A stretch of DNA of 63,098 nucleotides, counting the filler. It is 3 parts of 3 records of this genome, joined end to end, with 100 filler letters (N's around TTAATTAATTAA, not from the genome) between each part and the next. Parts side by side here need not be neighbours in the genome. Positions count along the whole stretch, not along the records: positions 1 to 26,344 come from SRR31156797_11380; positions 26,445 to 55,897 come from SRR31156797_11401; 1 more part is not named here. The stretch is one strand, 5' to 3'. Under the pieces are notes generated by a model. It had not been told where the DNA came from, made no database searches, and worked only from the letters and a program-made list of their open reading frames with translations. Position 1 is the first letter of the stretch, and each line of letters opens with the position of its first letter. The position numbers and the translations under genes were made by a program. Positions 19,572-28,369 of this stretch are shown one piece after another.

Positions 19572-20285
19572 CTAAGACGTCTTGATCCGAGTGTTATTAT
19601 CATTGTTGATCAGCGCGGGGGCAATACCCCTCGCCCAGGTTCTGATGGACTTCCAGTCCCTGTAGTCCCCTTCGGCCACATCTTTTCCCTGCAGTTTCAT
19701 TTTCATGATCATCCGCACCATGAAAGGGAGTTTATCATATGCCAGAGCACCTGCAAAGAGGCCCGTGTCAACGGGTATCACATGAGGCGTCTTTTGGCGA
19801 AGGGGCCCCATGAAGGCAAGCGCTTTTTTCCGATTTTCCTCCGTGGATCCGGCCAGCGTCAGGCACGTGAGAAAATAGGCAACGGGGAGGCGGCTCAAAA
19901 CCTTCCGATGCCGTTCCACGAAATCCGTTGCCTCCGGTAACCAATGATCGCTGCGGACGGCGCTCCCGATAACAACGGCGTGATAGGACGTCAGATCCGA
20001 AACGTTTTCCACTCTGAGCACATCCACTGAGGCACCGCTGTCGCAAAATTGTCCTGCAATGGCCCCGGCCACACCTCCCGTTGAGCCGCATTGACTGGCA
20101 TAGGTCACCAGAATTTTGGGTTTTGCCAGGCTTTCGTTGCATCGGCTCTCCAGGAAATGGACCCTGGCGGTCGGCTCCCTTTCAGCGGACATTGCATTTC
20201 GCCCCATGGCCAGACTTCCCAGGGCACCCCCTGCCATCAAAGCACTTTTGCCGATGAATTCTCTTCTTGAGAAATATTCTATCAT
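19572..20285 (-). CDS. Tat-exported flavodoxin-domain protein (HemG-like fold)
   Basis: SRREFI twin-Arg signal; ILVTYASQCGSTGGVA, YHAVVIGSAV, GDYRDW. Confidence 0.85.
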   Translation of the reverse strand: MIEYFSRREFIGKSALMAGGALGSLAMGRNAMSAEREPTARVHFLESRCNESLAKPKILVTYASQCGSTGGVAGAIAGQFCDSGASVDVLRVENVSDLTSYHAVVIGSAVRSDHWLPEATDFVERHRKVLSRLPVAYFLTCLTLAGSTEENRKKALAFMGPLRQKTPHVIPVDTGLFAGALAYDKLPFMVRMIMKMKLQGKDVAEGDYRDWKSIRTWARGIAPALINNDNNTRIKTS

Positions 20286-20417
20286 GTTTTTTCCTTTCTT
20301 GATGATGCTCTTTTACCCATGCCTGTTTGATCCAGGGCGAATCTTCGCGCAAGTCATCTAAATCGTGCTGATGTTTCCCTGAGAAACGTTCAAATCTCAG
20401 GGAAACCCAAAAATTTT

Positions 20418-20912
20418 CTATGAGCACATGAGCCCCTTGAACGCCTCAAATTTTTGGAATTTGTCTTTCAGGTGATCCGTGATTACACGCTTCTGCTTTT
20501 CATCCAGAATCTCATAGAATTCCATGAAATCATCAATGAACATATCCACACGGATCGGAAAGTTATCCACGTGAGATTTCACAAGGGTTGAAAGAACATT
20601 CAAGTCCGGCTTTTCCCGGTCCATTTCAACTTTCACTTTCTCAAAGAAGGCTTTTCGTTGATTGCCCACCACAACCAGTTCATTTTCAACTTTCGCTCGA
20701 ATCTCTTCATAGCGGACCATTTGAGCCTCGGAGAGGTTCAGTGCTTCCACCTCGGCGTCAATTTTTTCAAGAACATGTTTTGGAAATTCTTTCCCGTGAA
20801 ACCCGCCGCCGCAAAACATGGGCGGCTTTTGGCACCCCAAAAATCCCATTCCGGCAACCACGATGGCGCCGAGCAGTGCCAAACCCAGAATCAAAGACCT
20901 TTTTTTCCGCAT
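20418..20912 (-). CDS. Spy/CpxP-family periplasmic chaperone-like lipoprotein
   Basis: Lipobox-like FLGC; LNLSEAQ and ILDEKQK LTxxQ-like motifs; divergent from OmpR-family regulator. Confidence 0.75.
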   Translation of the reverse strand: MRKKRSLILGLALLGAIVVAGMGFLGCQKPPMFCGGGFHGKEFPKHVLEKIDAEVEALNLSEAQMVRYEEIRAKVENELVVVGNQRKAFFEKVKVEMDREKPDLNVLSTLVKSHVDNFPIRVDMFIDDFMEFYEILDEKQKRVITDHLKDKFQKFEAFKGLMCS

Positions 20913-21001
20913 GATGAATCCTCCTTTTTCGGATGTTTTGACGCTTTGTGCGCCCTTTTGATTTCAAAATAAACCCGGAACGTAAAGAAAGTTTGTGATG
21001 G

Positions 21002-21040
21002 ATGTTAAAAAATGTTAAAATATGTAAAAATTTGATAAAT
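21002..21040. promoter_or_regulatory. Tandem 10-bp-periodic direct repeats, probable OmpR/CpxR-family binding boxes
   Basis: ATGTTAAAA / ATGTTAAAA / ATGTAAAAA / TTGATAAAT at 10-bp spacing in the divergent intergenic region. Confidence 0.6.
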
Positions 21041-21053
21041 TGCGGGGACTTAT

Positions 21054-21758
21054 ATGGACAAAAAGGTTTTGATCGTAGATGATGACCAAAAGCTTCGGGA
21101 ACTTTTGACCGAGTACCTGAAGGAATTCGGGTTTCAGGTCTCAACGCTTTCGGACGGCCGGCGGATTTTTTCGGCCATCAAAACCGAAAACCCGGACATC
21201 ATCATACTGGACATCATGTTGCCCCATAAGGACGGATTTGAAATTCTGAGGGAGATCAGAACAGCGTTTTCTGTCCCGGTGATCATGCTCACGGCCAGAG
21301 GAGAGGATGCGGACCGCATTGTGGGACTTGAGCTCGGCGCCGACGATTATCTCCCCAAACCTTTCAATCCACGCGAATTGCTGGCCCGGATCAGGGCCGT
21401 GCTTAGAAGGTCCGCCGCACCCATTGCCGATGAAACCATACGGAATGAGGGCCATTTGATTGAAACCGGCGGGTTGATTCTGGACAAAGCAAAGCGTGTC
21501 GTCAAAGTGGGGGATGAAGAAGTGGAATTGTCTTCAACGGAATACGAAATCCTGAAGGTGTTGATGGAACATCCCAACAGGACCCTCAGCCGGGATCAGC
21601 TCATGAACATGGCCAAGGGTCGGGATTTTATGGCATTTGATAGAAGCATTGACGTGCATATCAGCAAGCTACGGGCAAAATTGGAAGTCAATCCCCGCTC
21701 CCCGAAGCGCATCAAAACGGTCTGGGGCACCGGGTATATCTTTGTGGATACAAAATGA
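21054..21758 (+). CDS. OmpR-family response regulator (CpxR-like)
   Basis: VLIVDDD, ILDIMLP, GADDYLPKPF, DRSIDVHISKLR, TVWGTGY. Confidence 0.95.
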   Translation: MDKKVLIVDDDQKLRELLTEYLKEFGFQVSTLSDGRRIFSAIKTENPDIIILDIMLPHKDGFEILREIRTAFSVPVIMLTARGEDADRIVGLELGADDYLPKPFNPRELLARIRAVLRRSAAPIADETIRNEGHLIETGGLILDKAKRVVKVGDEEVELSSTEYEILKVLMEHPNRTLSRDQLMNMAKGRDFMAFDRSIDVHISKLRAKLEVNPRSPKRIKTVWGTGYIFVDTK

Positions 21759-23143
21759 AAATTGGACGGCTCTATACCAAAATATTCCTCTGTTTTCTGG
21801 CGATTCTGGTAATCACACAGCTGTTGACCTTCGCGCTCTTCATCCGTTTTCCGGGAAAATACTTTCATGAACGCTTTGAGCAATATGCAAAAGGGCACGC
21901 CATACTGATCAAAACCTTTCTGGAGGAAAAGATCCATTCAGATGTCTTGGGGTCCCCGCCGGAAAAGCGGGTCCTTCAGGATTTTGTTGTTCGGATGGGA
22001 GAAATCTACGGGGCCCGGTTTTGGCTCACCGATCCCCATGGAAAGCTTCTGGTGAAATCCTTTGCCGACGGCATACCGGATGTGTCCGGAAAGCGGATTT
22101 GTATGGAAATGAAAGGAGACATGGGTGCTTTTGAAATTCAGAGAAGTTTTTCAAAGGACTACGGCCTGTATATGCGTATCCCCATTCAATTGTCGGACGG
22201 ACAAACCGCTATCCTCCATTCCCTGTTTGAACCCGTGGAAACGTCCCGCCATAAAGGCGGATTTGCCATGGGCCTGTTGGTGATCGGCGTCTTTATCGCA
22301 CTCTTGGTGGTCCCGGTTGCACGGCTTATCACCAGGCCTTTGAGCAGATTAAGAAATTCAGCCATCCGGTTTTCAAAGGGGGAGTTGTCCCACCGTATCT
22401 TTTTGGATGGAAAGGACGAGATTGCGCAGTTGGGGAACACCTTCAACATCATGGCGGAAAAACTGGATCGGATGATACGCGGCGGAAAGGAGTTGACGGC
22501 CAATGTTTCCCATGAGTTGCGAAGTCCCCTGGCCAGAATCCGCGTTGCGGAAGAAATCATGCGCCAGCAGATGAAAAAGGGGAAATCGGGGGAAACGGAA
22601 AAACATCTGAACAACATCCGGGAAGATATCCATGAACTGGACCGTCTCATCGGACGGATTCTGGAATTTTCCAAACTGGACATTCACGAAGGATCTTTTA
22701 AAGATGAGCCCATGGACCTGTCGGCGCTGCTTCACAAACTGCTGAAGCGGTTTGAAACCACAATGAAGAAAAAGAGGCTGGAATCCCATGTGGAAATACC
22801 CTCAAATGTTTTTATCTCAGGGGACGGCGGAAGCCTGGAATCCGCTTTTTCCAACCTTTTGGACAACGCCATCAAGTTTGTTCCCGAAGGGGGCCGGGTG
22901 GCGGTTGGTGTGGAGGAGATGTCCGATCATCTGCAATTGCGCATTTTCAACACCTATGGAAAGCTTACCGATAATGAGCTGGAAAACCTCTTTGAACCCT
23001 TCTACCGGGTGGAAAATGTCAGTGAGTCGGGCACGGGCCTGGGTCTTGCCATCGCCAAGAAAATCATCGAACGGCACGGTGGCAATATCAGCGCCGTCAA
23101 TGCCAAAAGTGGAATTGAATTTTTCATTCGGTTTCCCGGATAA
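21755..23143 (+). CDS. HAMP-domain sensor histidine kinase (CpxA-like)
   Basis: Two TMs, HAMP, H-box NVSHELRSPL, NLLDNAIK, FEPFYR, GTGLGLAI. Confidence 0.95.
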   Translation: MKIGRLYTKIFLCFLAILVITQLLTFALFIRFPGKYFHERFEQYAKGHAILIKTFLEEKIHSDVLGSPPEKRVLQDFVVRMGEIYGARFWLTDPHGKLLVKSFADGIPDVSGKRICMEMKGDMGAFEIQRSFSKDYGLYMRIPIQLSDGQTAILHSLFEPVETSRHKGGFAMGLLVIGVFIALLVVPVARLITRPLSRLRNSAIRFSKGELSHRIFLDGKDEIAQLGNTFNIMAEKLDRMIRGGKELTANVSHELRSPLARIRVAEEIMRQQMKKGKSGETEKHLNNIREDIHELDRLIGRILEFSKLDIHEGSFKDEPMDLSALLHKLLKRFETTMKKKRLESHVEIPSNVFISGDGGSLESAFSNLLDNAIKFVPEGGRVAVGVEEMSDHLQLRIFNTYGKLTDNELENLFEPFYRVENVSESGTGLGLAIAKKIIERHGGNISAVNAKSGIEFFIRFPG

Positions 23144-23233
23144 AACTGATTATTTCCGGTTGAACTCAATTTTTTTTGTGTTTGATCCATCTCTGTTTTT
23201 TTGCACCATGAGTGTCAGAATTAGGGGAAATGT

Positions 23234-23707
23234 ATGATTGACATTAATAACGGACTGTTTCTGCCTGAAGATTCGCCCGCTTCTCCTGAAATCCTGGCGA
23301 CGCTTCTCTATTTTGGATTGAAAAAAGACCGCTTTACATTCGCGCCCGCATCGGGAGGTGTCCTGGCGTTTTCTCTGGATCATGGCATTTTATGGTTCCC
23401 CAAAACCATACTGGATCTTCTGGGCGTGCAGATGATTCGATCCCGTGGCGTGGAGGAAACCCTCCAGTACCTTGGTGAAATTGCCGGGTCCAGGGCGGGT
23501 TGGGCCGTGGGGTGGACGGCCGGGGGAGCCGCTGCCGCGGTTGCCACCATTGCGGGCTTTAGTACCGGCCTTTGGATCCCTGTGGCCGCCGGAACATTCA
23601 TCGGGTCCCAGATCGGGGCCATGGCCATGAAGCGATTGGGGTTTCGAGGGCCTCCCAAAGAGCTGGCGGCATATCCGCTTCTCCTCGTGGATCACTGGAA
23701 ATATTGA
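23234..23707 (+). CDS. Hypothetical glycine-zipper protein (possibly 5' half of a split gene)
   Basis: ORF with Gly/Ala-rich hydrophobic segments. Confidence 0.55.
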   Translation: MIDINNGLFLPEDSPASPEILATLLYFGLKKDRFTFAPASGGVLAFSLDHGILWFPKTILDLLGVQMIRSRGVEETLQYLGEIAGSRAGWAVGWTAGGAAAAVATIAGFSTGLWIPVAAGTFIGSQIGAMAMKRLGFRGPPKELAAYPLLLVDHWKY

Positions 23708-24075
23708 CGCCGTCTTACCTGGTGCAGGCGTATGAACAAACAAAGAGCCTGGTCAATAAATCCAAAGAACGGCTCACGGGCGTAAGCGGCGAAGATAAAA
23801 ACCCCATTGTCATAACCGTGGTCAAGCGGTTCAAATCATCCACCGAGGAATTGAAATCATTAAAGAAAATCCATGATCAAGAGCAGAAAAAGAAAAGCAT
23901 CGGAAGTGCCATCGGAGGATTTGTGGGTGGTGCGGTTGATCTATTGAAAGGCACCCACTCCGTTTTTGATCTTCTGGATACGGAAACCGAAACCTTTGCT
24001 TTTGATGATTCGTCCTATTGCAGGGCATTAATTGAATCCATGAAACATCATGATGTGAAAGTAATCCAAAAATAA
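23704..24075 (+). CDS. Hypothetical protein (TTG start overlapping upstream TGA, or 3' half of a frameshifted gene)
   Basis: Frame of ORF 23572..24075; TTGA overlap at 23704-23707. Confidence 0.45.
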   Translation: MTPSYLVQAYEQTKSLVNKSKERLTGVSGEDKNPIVITVVKRFKSSTEELKSLKKIHDQEQKKKSIGSAIGGFVGGAVDLLKGTHSVFDLLDTETETFAFDDSSYCRALIESMKHHDVKVIQK

Positions 24076-24081
24076 ATTGTT

Positions 24082-24378
24082 ATGAAAACACCTGTCTATA
24101 CCATATCGGGATTTCTGGGCGCGGGAAAAACAACCTTTGTAAACGGCCTTCTTTCCCGGTTACCGGGCAATGTCAATGTGGCCATTATCGTCAATGAGCT
24201 GGGCGAAATCCACATGTACGGAAGAATTATTGAGAAAAAGGACTATTCGCTAAGCGGCCTTCAAATGGAAGATTTCAACAAAGGCCTTAACAAAAGTGAG
24301 CTTGTCCTCATCGTAAAGGATAAAGACAGAGAATATCTTGAAGCCTCAATTCCAGATGGGTTTTCCCGCTACCTTTAG
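24082..24378 (+). pseudogene. CobW/COG0523 GTPase with large internal deletion
   Basis: ISGFLGAGKTT and IIVNELGEI N-terminus fused to the C-terminal SELVLI motif in only 98 aa; CxCC and G3-G4 motifs missing. Confidence 0.75.
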
Positions 24379-24494
24379 GCTTCACCCAAAATAAAAGTTC
24401 ATAGTAAAAATTTTGGGTATTGAGCGATATTTCGGCCTTTTAGCCTCCCGATGAATAAATTGATATTAACAGGCTTGGGCATCCAAGAATTTGA

Positions 24495-24980
24495 CTAACT
24501 TCCCTCAGTTGTTTCCGGCCACGGTAGGCAATTGCAGTATCGACATAGAGAATGGTCGTTTTTGATGTAACGCGCTTTCCAGGAGCAGTATTTGCGGCGG
24601 TCGGTATCTTCGGGTGGGTCGTTTTCCAAATGGCGCACTTCCAATGGATGTAGTGGCTGTCGCGCCACTAACGCCAGATACTCGGAAACAATGGCGATAT
24701 AACGATCATACCCTTTGTTGCCGGTACCGTTTTTACCCAGGTAGGCGGTGATATGTTTTCTGAAGTCATCAATTTTTCGGTCACTTACAACGCCATTTAC
24801 CGATGAGGCGTCCAGGTGCAGTATCTCTTCGGACATGGCCATATTGTGGGCGATAAGAGCGTCTTCAAGGCCCCCCACCCTTTGGGTGGCCCGATCCTGC
24901 CGGGCTTTGGCAAACACCGGGTCTTCCAGATGGGAGGTAAGCCGATGCTGCAGGTCTCTGACGAGTTGTGACGCATTCAT
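24495..24980 (-). CDS. DUF2115 (UPF0305)-like protein
   Basis: YLALVARQPLHP...KYC..K...LCRYC pattern. Confidence 0.6.
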   Translation of the reverse strand: MNASQLVRDLQHRLTSHLEDPVFAKARQDRATQRVGGLEDALIAHNMAMSEEILHLDASSVNGVVSDRKIDDFRKHITAYLGKNGTGNKGYDRYIAIVSEYLALVARQPLHPLEVRHLENDPPEDTDRRKYCSWKARYIKNDHSLCRYCNCLPWPETTEGS

Positions 24981-25042
24981 GTCGAATGAACCCTATTTTT
25001 CATATTCCCGGAGCGCCCTCACAAAAGCTTCGATATTTTCAA

Positions 25043-25672
25043 TCATGCGACCTGCTCCTTGTTGACGGTGCGTTTCCTTCGATTCCGCTCCAGAGCTTCC
25101 GCGAGAACATTTTTCAGGCCATTGACACCTATTTTTTTACGATCGAGAATCGGAAGACCGGTATGGTCCACGATCTCATCGATTCTTGACTGGTAAGCGT
25201 CCAAATCGCCCATGGCATCTAAAAGAATGATGCCATCGAGCATGCTATACATCTCCCGGGTCCATTCTTTTTCTCCCCTTATCATCTCGCCAAATTCAAT
25301 GAATGCCGGGTTCAAAAAGAGAATTTTATGATCCGGGTCCATTTCCAGCAATTTTCCCTTTCCCCCGAGCAAGCAGTCGATGCAGTTCAACCCGTCGACC
25401 TTGACCGCATCGTATTTTTCCATCAGCGCTCTCATTTCACCGTTAAAACCCAGGCAGACATCGCCATATACAACGATAATCCCCTTCGAGTTTTGGTTTC
25501 CATATTTTTTGAGGGCACCGTTTAACCCGCGATCCAGAAGATTGTAATCCATGTGAAGTCTTTCACTCAGGAAATGAACCTCCGCGTCAATATCGCCATT
25601 TTCCAGTAGGCGCCCGATTTCTTTTCGCAAAATTCCACATGAAATCAAACAAGGTTTGTTTGTCCGGTCCAT
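25043..25672 (-). CDS. DUF1638-family protein
   Basis: ISCGIL, LH, VYGDVC, NCIDCLLGG. Confidence 0.8.
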   Translation of the reverse strand: MDRTNKPCLISCGILRKEIGRLLENGDIDAEVHFLSERLHMDYNLLDRGLNGALKKYGNQNSKGIIVVYGDVCLGFNGEMRALMEKYDAVKVDGLNCIDCLLGGKGKLLEMDPDHKILFLNPAFIEFGEMIRGEKEWTREMYSMLDGIILLDAMGDLDAYQSRIDEIVDHTGLPILDRKKIGVNGLKNVLAEALERNRRKRTVNKEQVA

Positions 25673-25755
25673 TCCACACTCCTGTTCGGGATTAATTGGC
25701 GAAGAATATGATTGTCAAACAATCAGTCTCTTTTCATCGCGTTTATACCATATCA

Positions 25756-26178
25756 TTACGAGATCCATATGATCAGATTTTCCTGTTCCTTTTTCACCGG
25801 ATAAGGGGTGATCGGGTGGGGCGTGGGGCCAAAGATTTTATTCCCACCCGAATCGTAAGTCGATTTGTTAACGCTGCAACACTGCACGGTGTCGGTTCCG
25901 GGAACCGGATCCAATCGGCGATGGCCCAAATGGGTACACCGATTGTGAAACGCGCGATACTCTCCGTCCTCTCCGCAAACAACGAGTACCCGTTTGGGAA
26001 GAGTTTTACCTTCGATCCGTATTGCGCCACCGGGGGTTTTCAGTTCCAATGCCTTACCCAAATCGATGGTCAACTTTCCAGCAGCATAATTCCAGCAGCC
26101 ATCTATTCCGGGTTTGGTGGTCGCCGATATGCCCAACAACCGCTGAAAAAAGCTTCTTTTCAAAACTTTTGTATCCAT
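25756..26178 (-). CDS. Rieske-like [2Fe-2S] protein with atypical second ligand box
   Basis: NRCTHLG...VQCCSVNKSTYD.G...GP. Confidence 0.75.
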   Translation of the reverse strand: MDTKVLKRSFFQRLLGISATTKPGIDGCWNYAAGKLTIDLGKALELKTPGGAIRIEGKTLPKRVLVVCGEDGEYRAFHNRCTHLGHRRLDPVPGTDTVQCCSVNKSTYDSGGNKIFGPTPHPITPYPVKKEQENLIIWIS

Positions 26179-26217
26179 GTTTCCCTCATTAAGTTTAAAT
26201 TTCTCTTAAGTATCATT

Positions 26218-26343
26218 TCATATTCCTAAATAAACACCCCAAAGTCCCAGGTGGCTCCGTAGTGCCAGCCCGTAAATTTTCTCCTGAATGAGACTGGCAA
26301 CCGTTTCGAGTGTATGCCGATCTCCATTTTTAGCCTGCCTGAC
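26218..26343 (-). pseudogene. ECF sigma factor N-terminal remnant at contig end
   Basis: Hand translation VRQAKNGDRHTLETVASLIQEKIYGLALR, then divergence and stop. Confidence 0.5.
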
Positions 26344-26344
26344 A

Positions 26345-26444
26345 NNNNNNNNNNNNNNNNNNNNNNNNNNNNNNNNNNNNNNNNNNNNTTAATTAATTAA
26401 NNNNNNNNNNNNNNNNNNNNNNNNNNNNNNNNNNNNNNNNNNNN
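26345..26444. other. Artificial contig linker
   Basis: N44-TTAATTAATTAA-N44 (stop codons in all six frames). Confidence 0.99.
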
Positions 26445-26474
26445 ATTCGAACACGCGGCCTACGGATTAGAAGT
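26445..26474 (-). other. att core: 3' fragment of tRNA-Arg(UCU), anticodon loop through T-loop
   Basis: Minus strand ACTTCTAATCCGTAGGCCGCGTGTTCGAAT; anticodon TCT and GTTCGAAT; no 5' half; ~135 bp downstream of integrase. Confidence 0.85.
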
Positions 26475-26499
26475 ATCCACGCCGTTAACAGTTCACCAC

Positions 26500-26597
26500 A
26501 TGTGAACGCTCAATGATAATGAATTTAGTGACTTATGCAAAACCACAGCTTCCAAGTGTGGTCAGCGCGTTGTTGTCAACCGTTAAGCGTTCACATT
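26500..26597. repeat. Inverted repeat, putative integrase arm-type sites
   Basis: ATGTGAACGCT (26500-26510) and AGCGTTCACAT (26587-26597); related CCGTTAA..GTTCAC copy near 26482. Confidence 0.55.
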
Positions 26598-26608
26598 TGG
26601 AAGTGTTA

Positions 26609-27706
26609 TCATCGTGCAAGGAGCGCTCCACTCACGTCTTCAGCAACCAGGTGAGAGTATATCATGGTGGTCGATACCGACCGGTGACCGAGCAAGGATT
26701 GTACCTCAGCGGTTGACCGGCCTTCCCTCAACAAATCGGTAGCCACAGTGTGTCGTATGGCATGTGGTACAAAGTTAGGATCATCAATGCCCATCTCATC
26801 CCGTGCCTGCCTGAAGCACTTACTGACAAAGTTCACATCGAAGGGGTAAATCACCCCGTCCTTGTCAGGCACCACGTTGTCCAGAATCTTGAATACTTTG
26901 TCATGCATAGCCAGTGTACGGATGGCTTTACCCTTGGCAATATCTGCGGTAATCATAATGGTCCGACGCTGCATATTGATGTGCCGCCCGAACCTGATGT
27001 CCAGGATCTCTCCGATCCGCATTCCGGTGTACCATGCAATGGTCAAAACCTCAGCCACCTGTTTACGCATGGCCGTACTCTTGGGTATCCGACGATCACG
27101 CAGAAGGATCTGCCGCACCTCATTGAACTCAGCCTTACTGATCAGACGATCACGCCTGAACTGGGTCTCACTGACCATCACCTTCTTGAAGTTTGGGAGC
27201 TTAGGGATCAGGTCCTCGTCGTGGCAGGCCATCAGTATAGTCTTCAGGCTCACCATGTACCGGTTGATCGTACCAGGGCGGCGATACCTGGGGCACTCCT
27301 TGGTCCCGATGTTCTCGGACTCCAGGTGCCGCTTCAGTTGCTTCAGTTTGCTGGTGCTTATGTCCATGCAGCGGGGATTACCCAGGAATTCACTGGTCTG
27401 CTGTACCCGGCTGATGCTATCCCTTTGATGTATCGACTCATCCCCCCAGTCGCCCGCCTTGAAGGAATCCAGGGCCTGATTCAAGGTGATGTCCTCCCCG
27501 AATATTTCAAGTTCAACCGCCTGCTCAAGCTGACTGTCGATCTCATCCTTCTTGTCCCGGACTGCCTGCCGTCCAGTTGCAATATCACTGGTCTCAAGAG
27601 TCTGGAACACACGCTCACCCTTGTACTTGAACTGGATGACCAGGTTGCCGGGTACTCCCTCATTGTTGAAGTATTGATAGATTCCATATTCAATTCTCTT
27701 GCGCAT
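26609..27706 (-). CDS. int: Tyrosine recombinase / phage integrase
   Basis: TGMRIGE (R), K, HAIRH, LLGH, TTMIY catalytic residues. Confidence 0.95.
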   Translation of the reverse strand: MRKRIEYGIYQYFNNEGVPGNLVIQFKYKGERVFQTLETSDIATGRQAVRDKKDEIDSQLEQAVELEIFGEDITLNQALDSFKAGDWGDESIHQRDSISRVQQTSEFLGNPRCMDISTSKLKQLKRHLESENIGTKECPRYRRPGTINRYMVSLKTILMACHDEDLIPKLPNFKKVMVSETQFRRDRLISKAEFNEVRQILLRDRRIPKSTAMRKQVAEVLTIAWYTGMRIGEILDIRFGRHINMQRRTIMITADIAKGKAIRTLAMHDKVFKILDNVVPDKDGVIYPFDVNFVSKCFRQARDEMGIDDPNFVPHAIRHTVATDLLREGRSTAEVQSLLGHRSVSTTMIYSHLVAEDVSGALLAR

Positions 27707-28034
27707 TAAGGATCTCCTCTATTGCTTTAATAGTTTGCTTACCTTTTGGGGTAAGATATACACAGGTAAACCTGCGGTTCATGGGATCAGGAACCTGGGT
27801 TACAAGCCCCAGTCCCGTCTCCCTCTCTAACTTCTTGTTATAGAACTTGCCCATATCCCTCAGATGTCTACTCACGCTGCCTGATAACAACCCCGTGGTA
27901 TCCTTCAGTTCTTGCTGATGGATACCATCGTTGAGTGCAACGGTTAACAAGAGGTCAATCTTCTGGGCTCCGATTTCAGGGTTAACATTTTGTCTGATCC
28001 ATGTGATTGCTTTGGCGAAGTTCTTCAGGCTCAT
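27690..28034 (-). CDS. MarR-like winged-helix regulator
   Basis: QQEL...SGSVSRHL...GLV...DPMNRR...VYLTPKG. Confidence 0.85.
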   Translation of the reverse strand: MSLKNFAKAITWIRQNVNPEIGAQKIDLLLTVALNDGIHQQELKDTTGLLSGSVSRHLRDMGKFYNKKLERETGLGLVTQVPDPMNRRFTCVYLTPKGKQTIKAIEEILNAQEN

Positions 28035-28056
28035 TTTTATTTCCTTTATATGTATG

Positions 28057-28260
28057 TCAACATGCCTCCCCCCATGGTACTAACATGTCGCTGGTGGTTT
28101 GGTCACAGACCCCAATGAGACTCACTGCCTGGGCCTCTTGGTCGGGGGTAAGGTCTGACCATTCAATATAAATGTCGGTGTTCTTATACTGGAGATACAC
28201 ATAACACTGATCGTTAACAACTACAATATTACCATCGTCATCTTGGATATGGACTTCCAT
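28057..28260 (-). CDS. Phage hypothetical protein (acidic)
   Basis: 67-aa ORF co-oriented with neighbours. Confidence 0.6.
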   Translation of the reverse strand: MEVHIQDDDGNIVVVNDQCYVYLQYKNTDIYIEWSDLTPDQEAQAVSLIGVCDQTTSDMLVPWGEAC

Positions 28261-28369
28261 AGTACACTACCTTTTCAAGTTCATGATTAGTATCACATGA
28301 TTGCAACTGTTGCAATGTGGTAGGTGTTCTATCTTATTAGATTCAACCTGTCCAGTCTCATTCGCGGGA

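Noticed and set aside
26345-26444. TTAATTAATTAA palindrome flanked by Ns (also 55898-55997)
   Set aside because: Identical artificial contig spacer; adjacency across it has no biological meaning.
26445-26474. Functional tRNA-Arg gene
   Set aside because: Only anticodon loop to T-loop is present; no D-arm or 5' acceptor strand, so treated as an att duplicate.
26750-27709. 319-aa plus-strand ORF
   Set aside because: Antisense shadow of the integrase.
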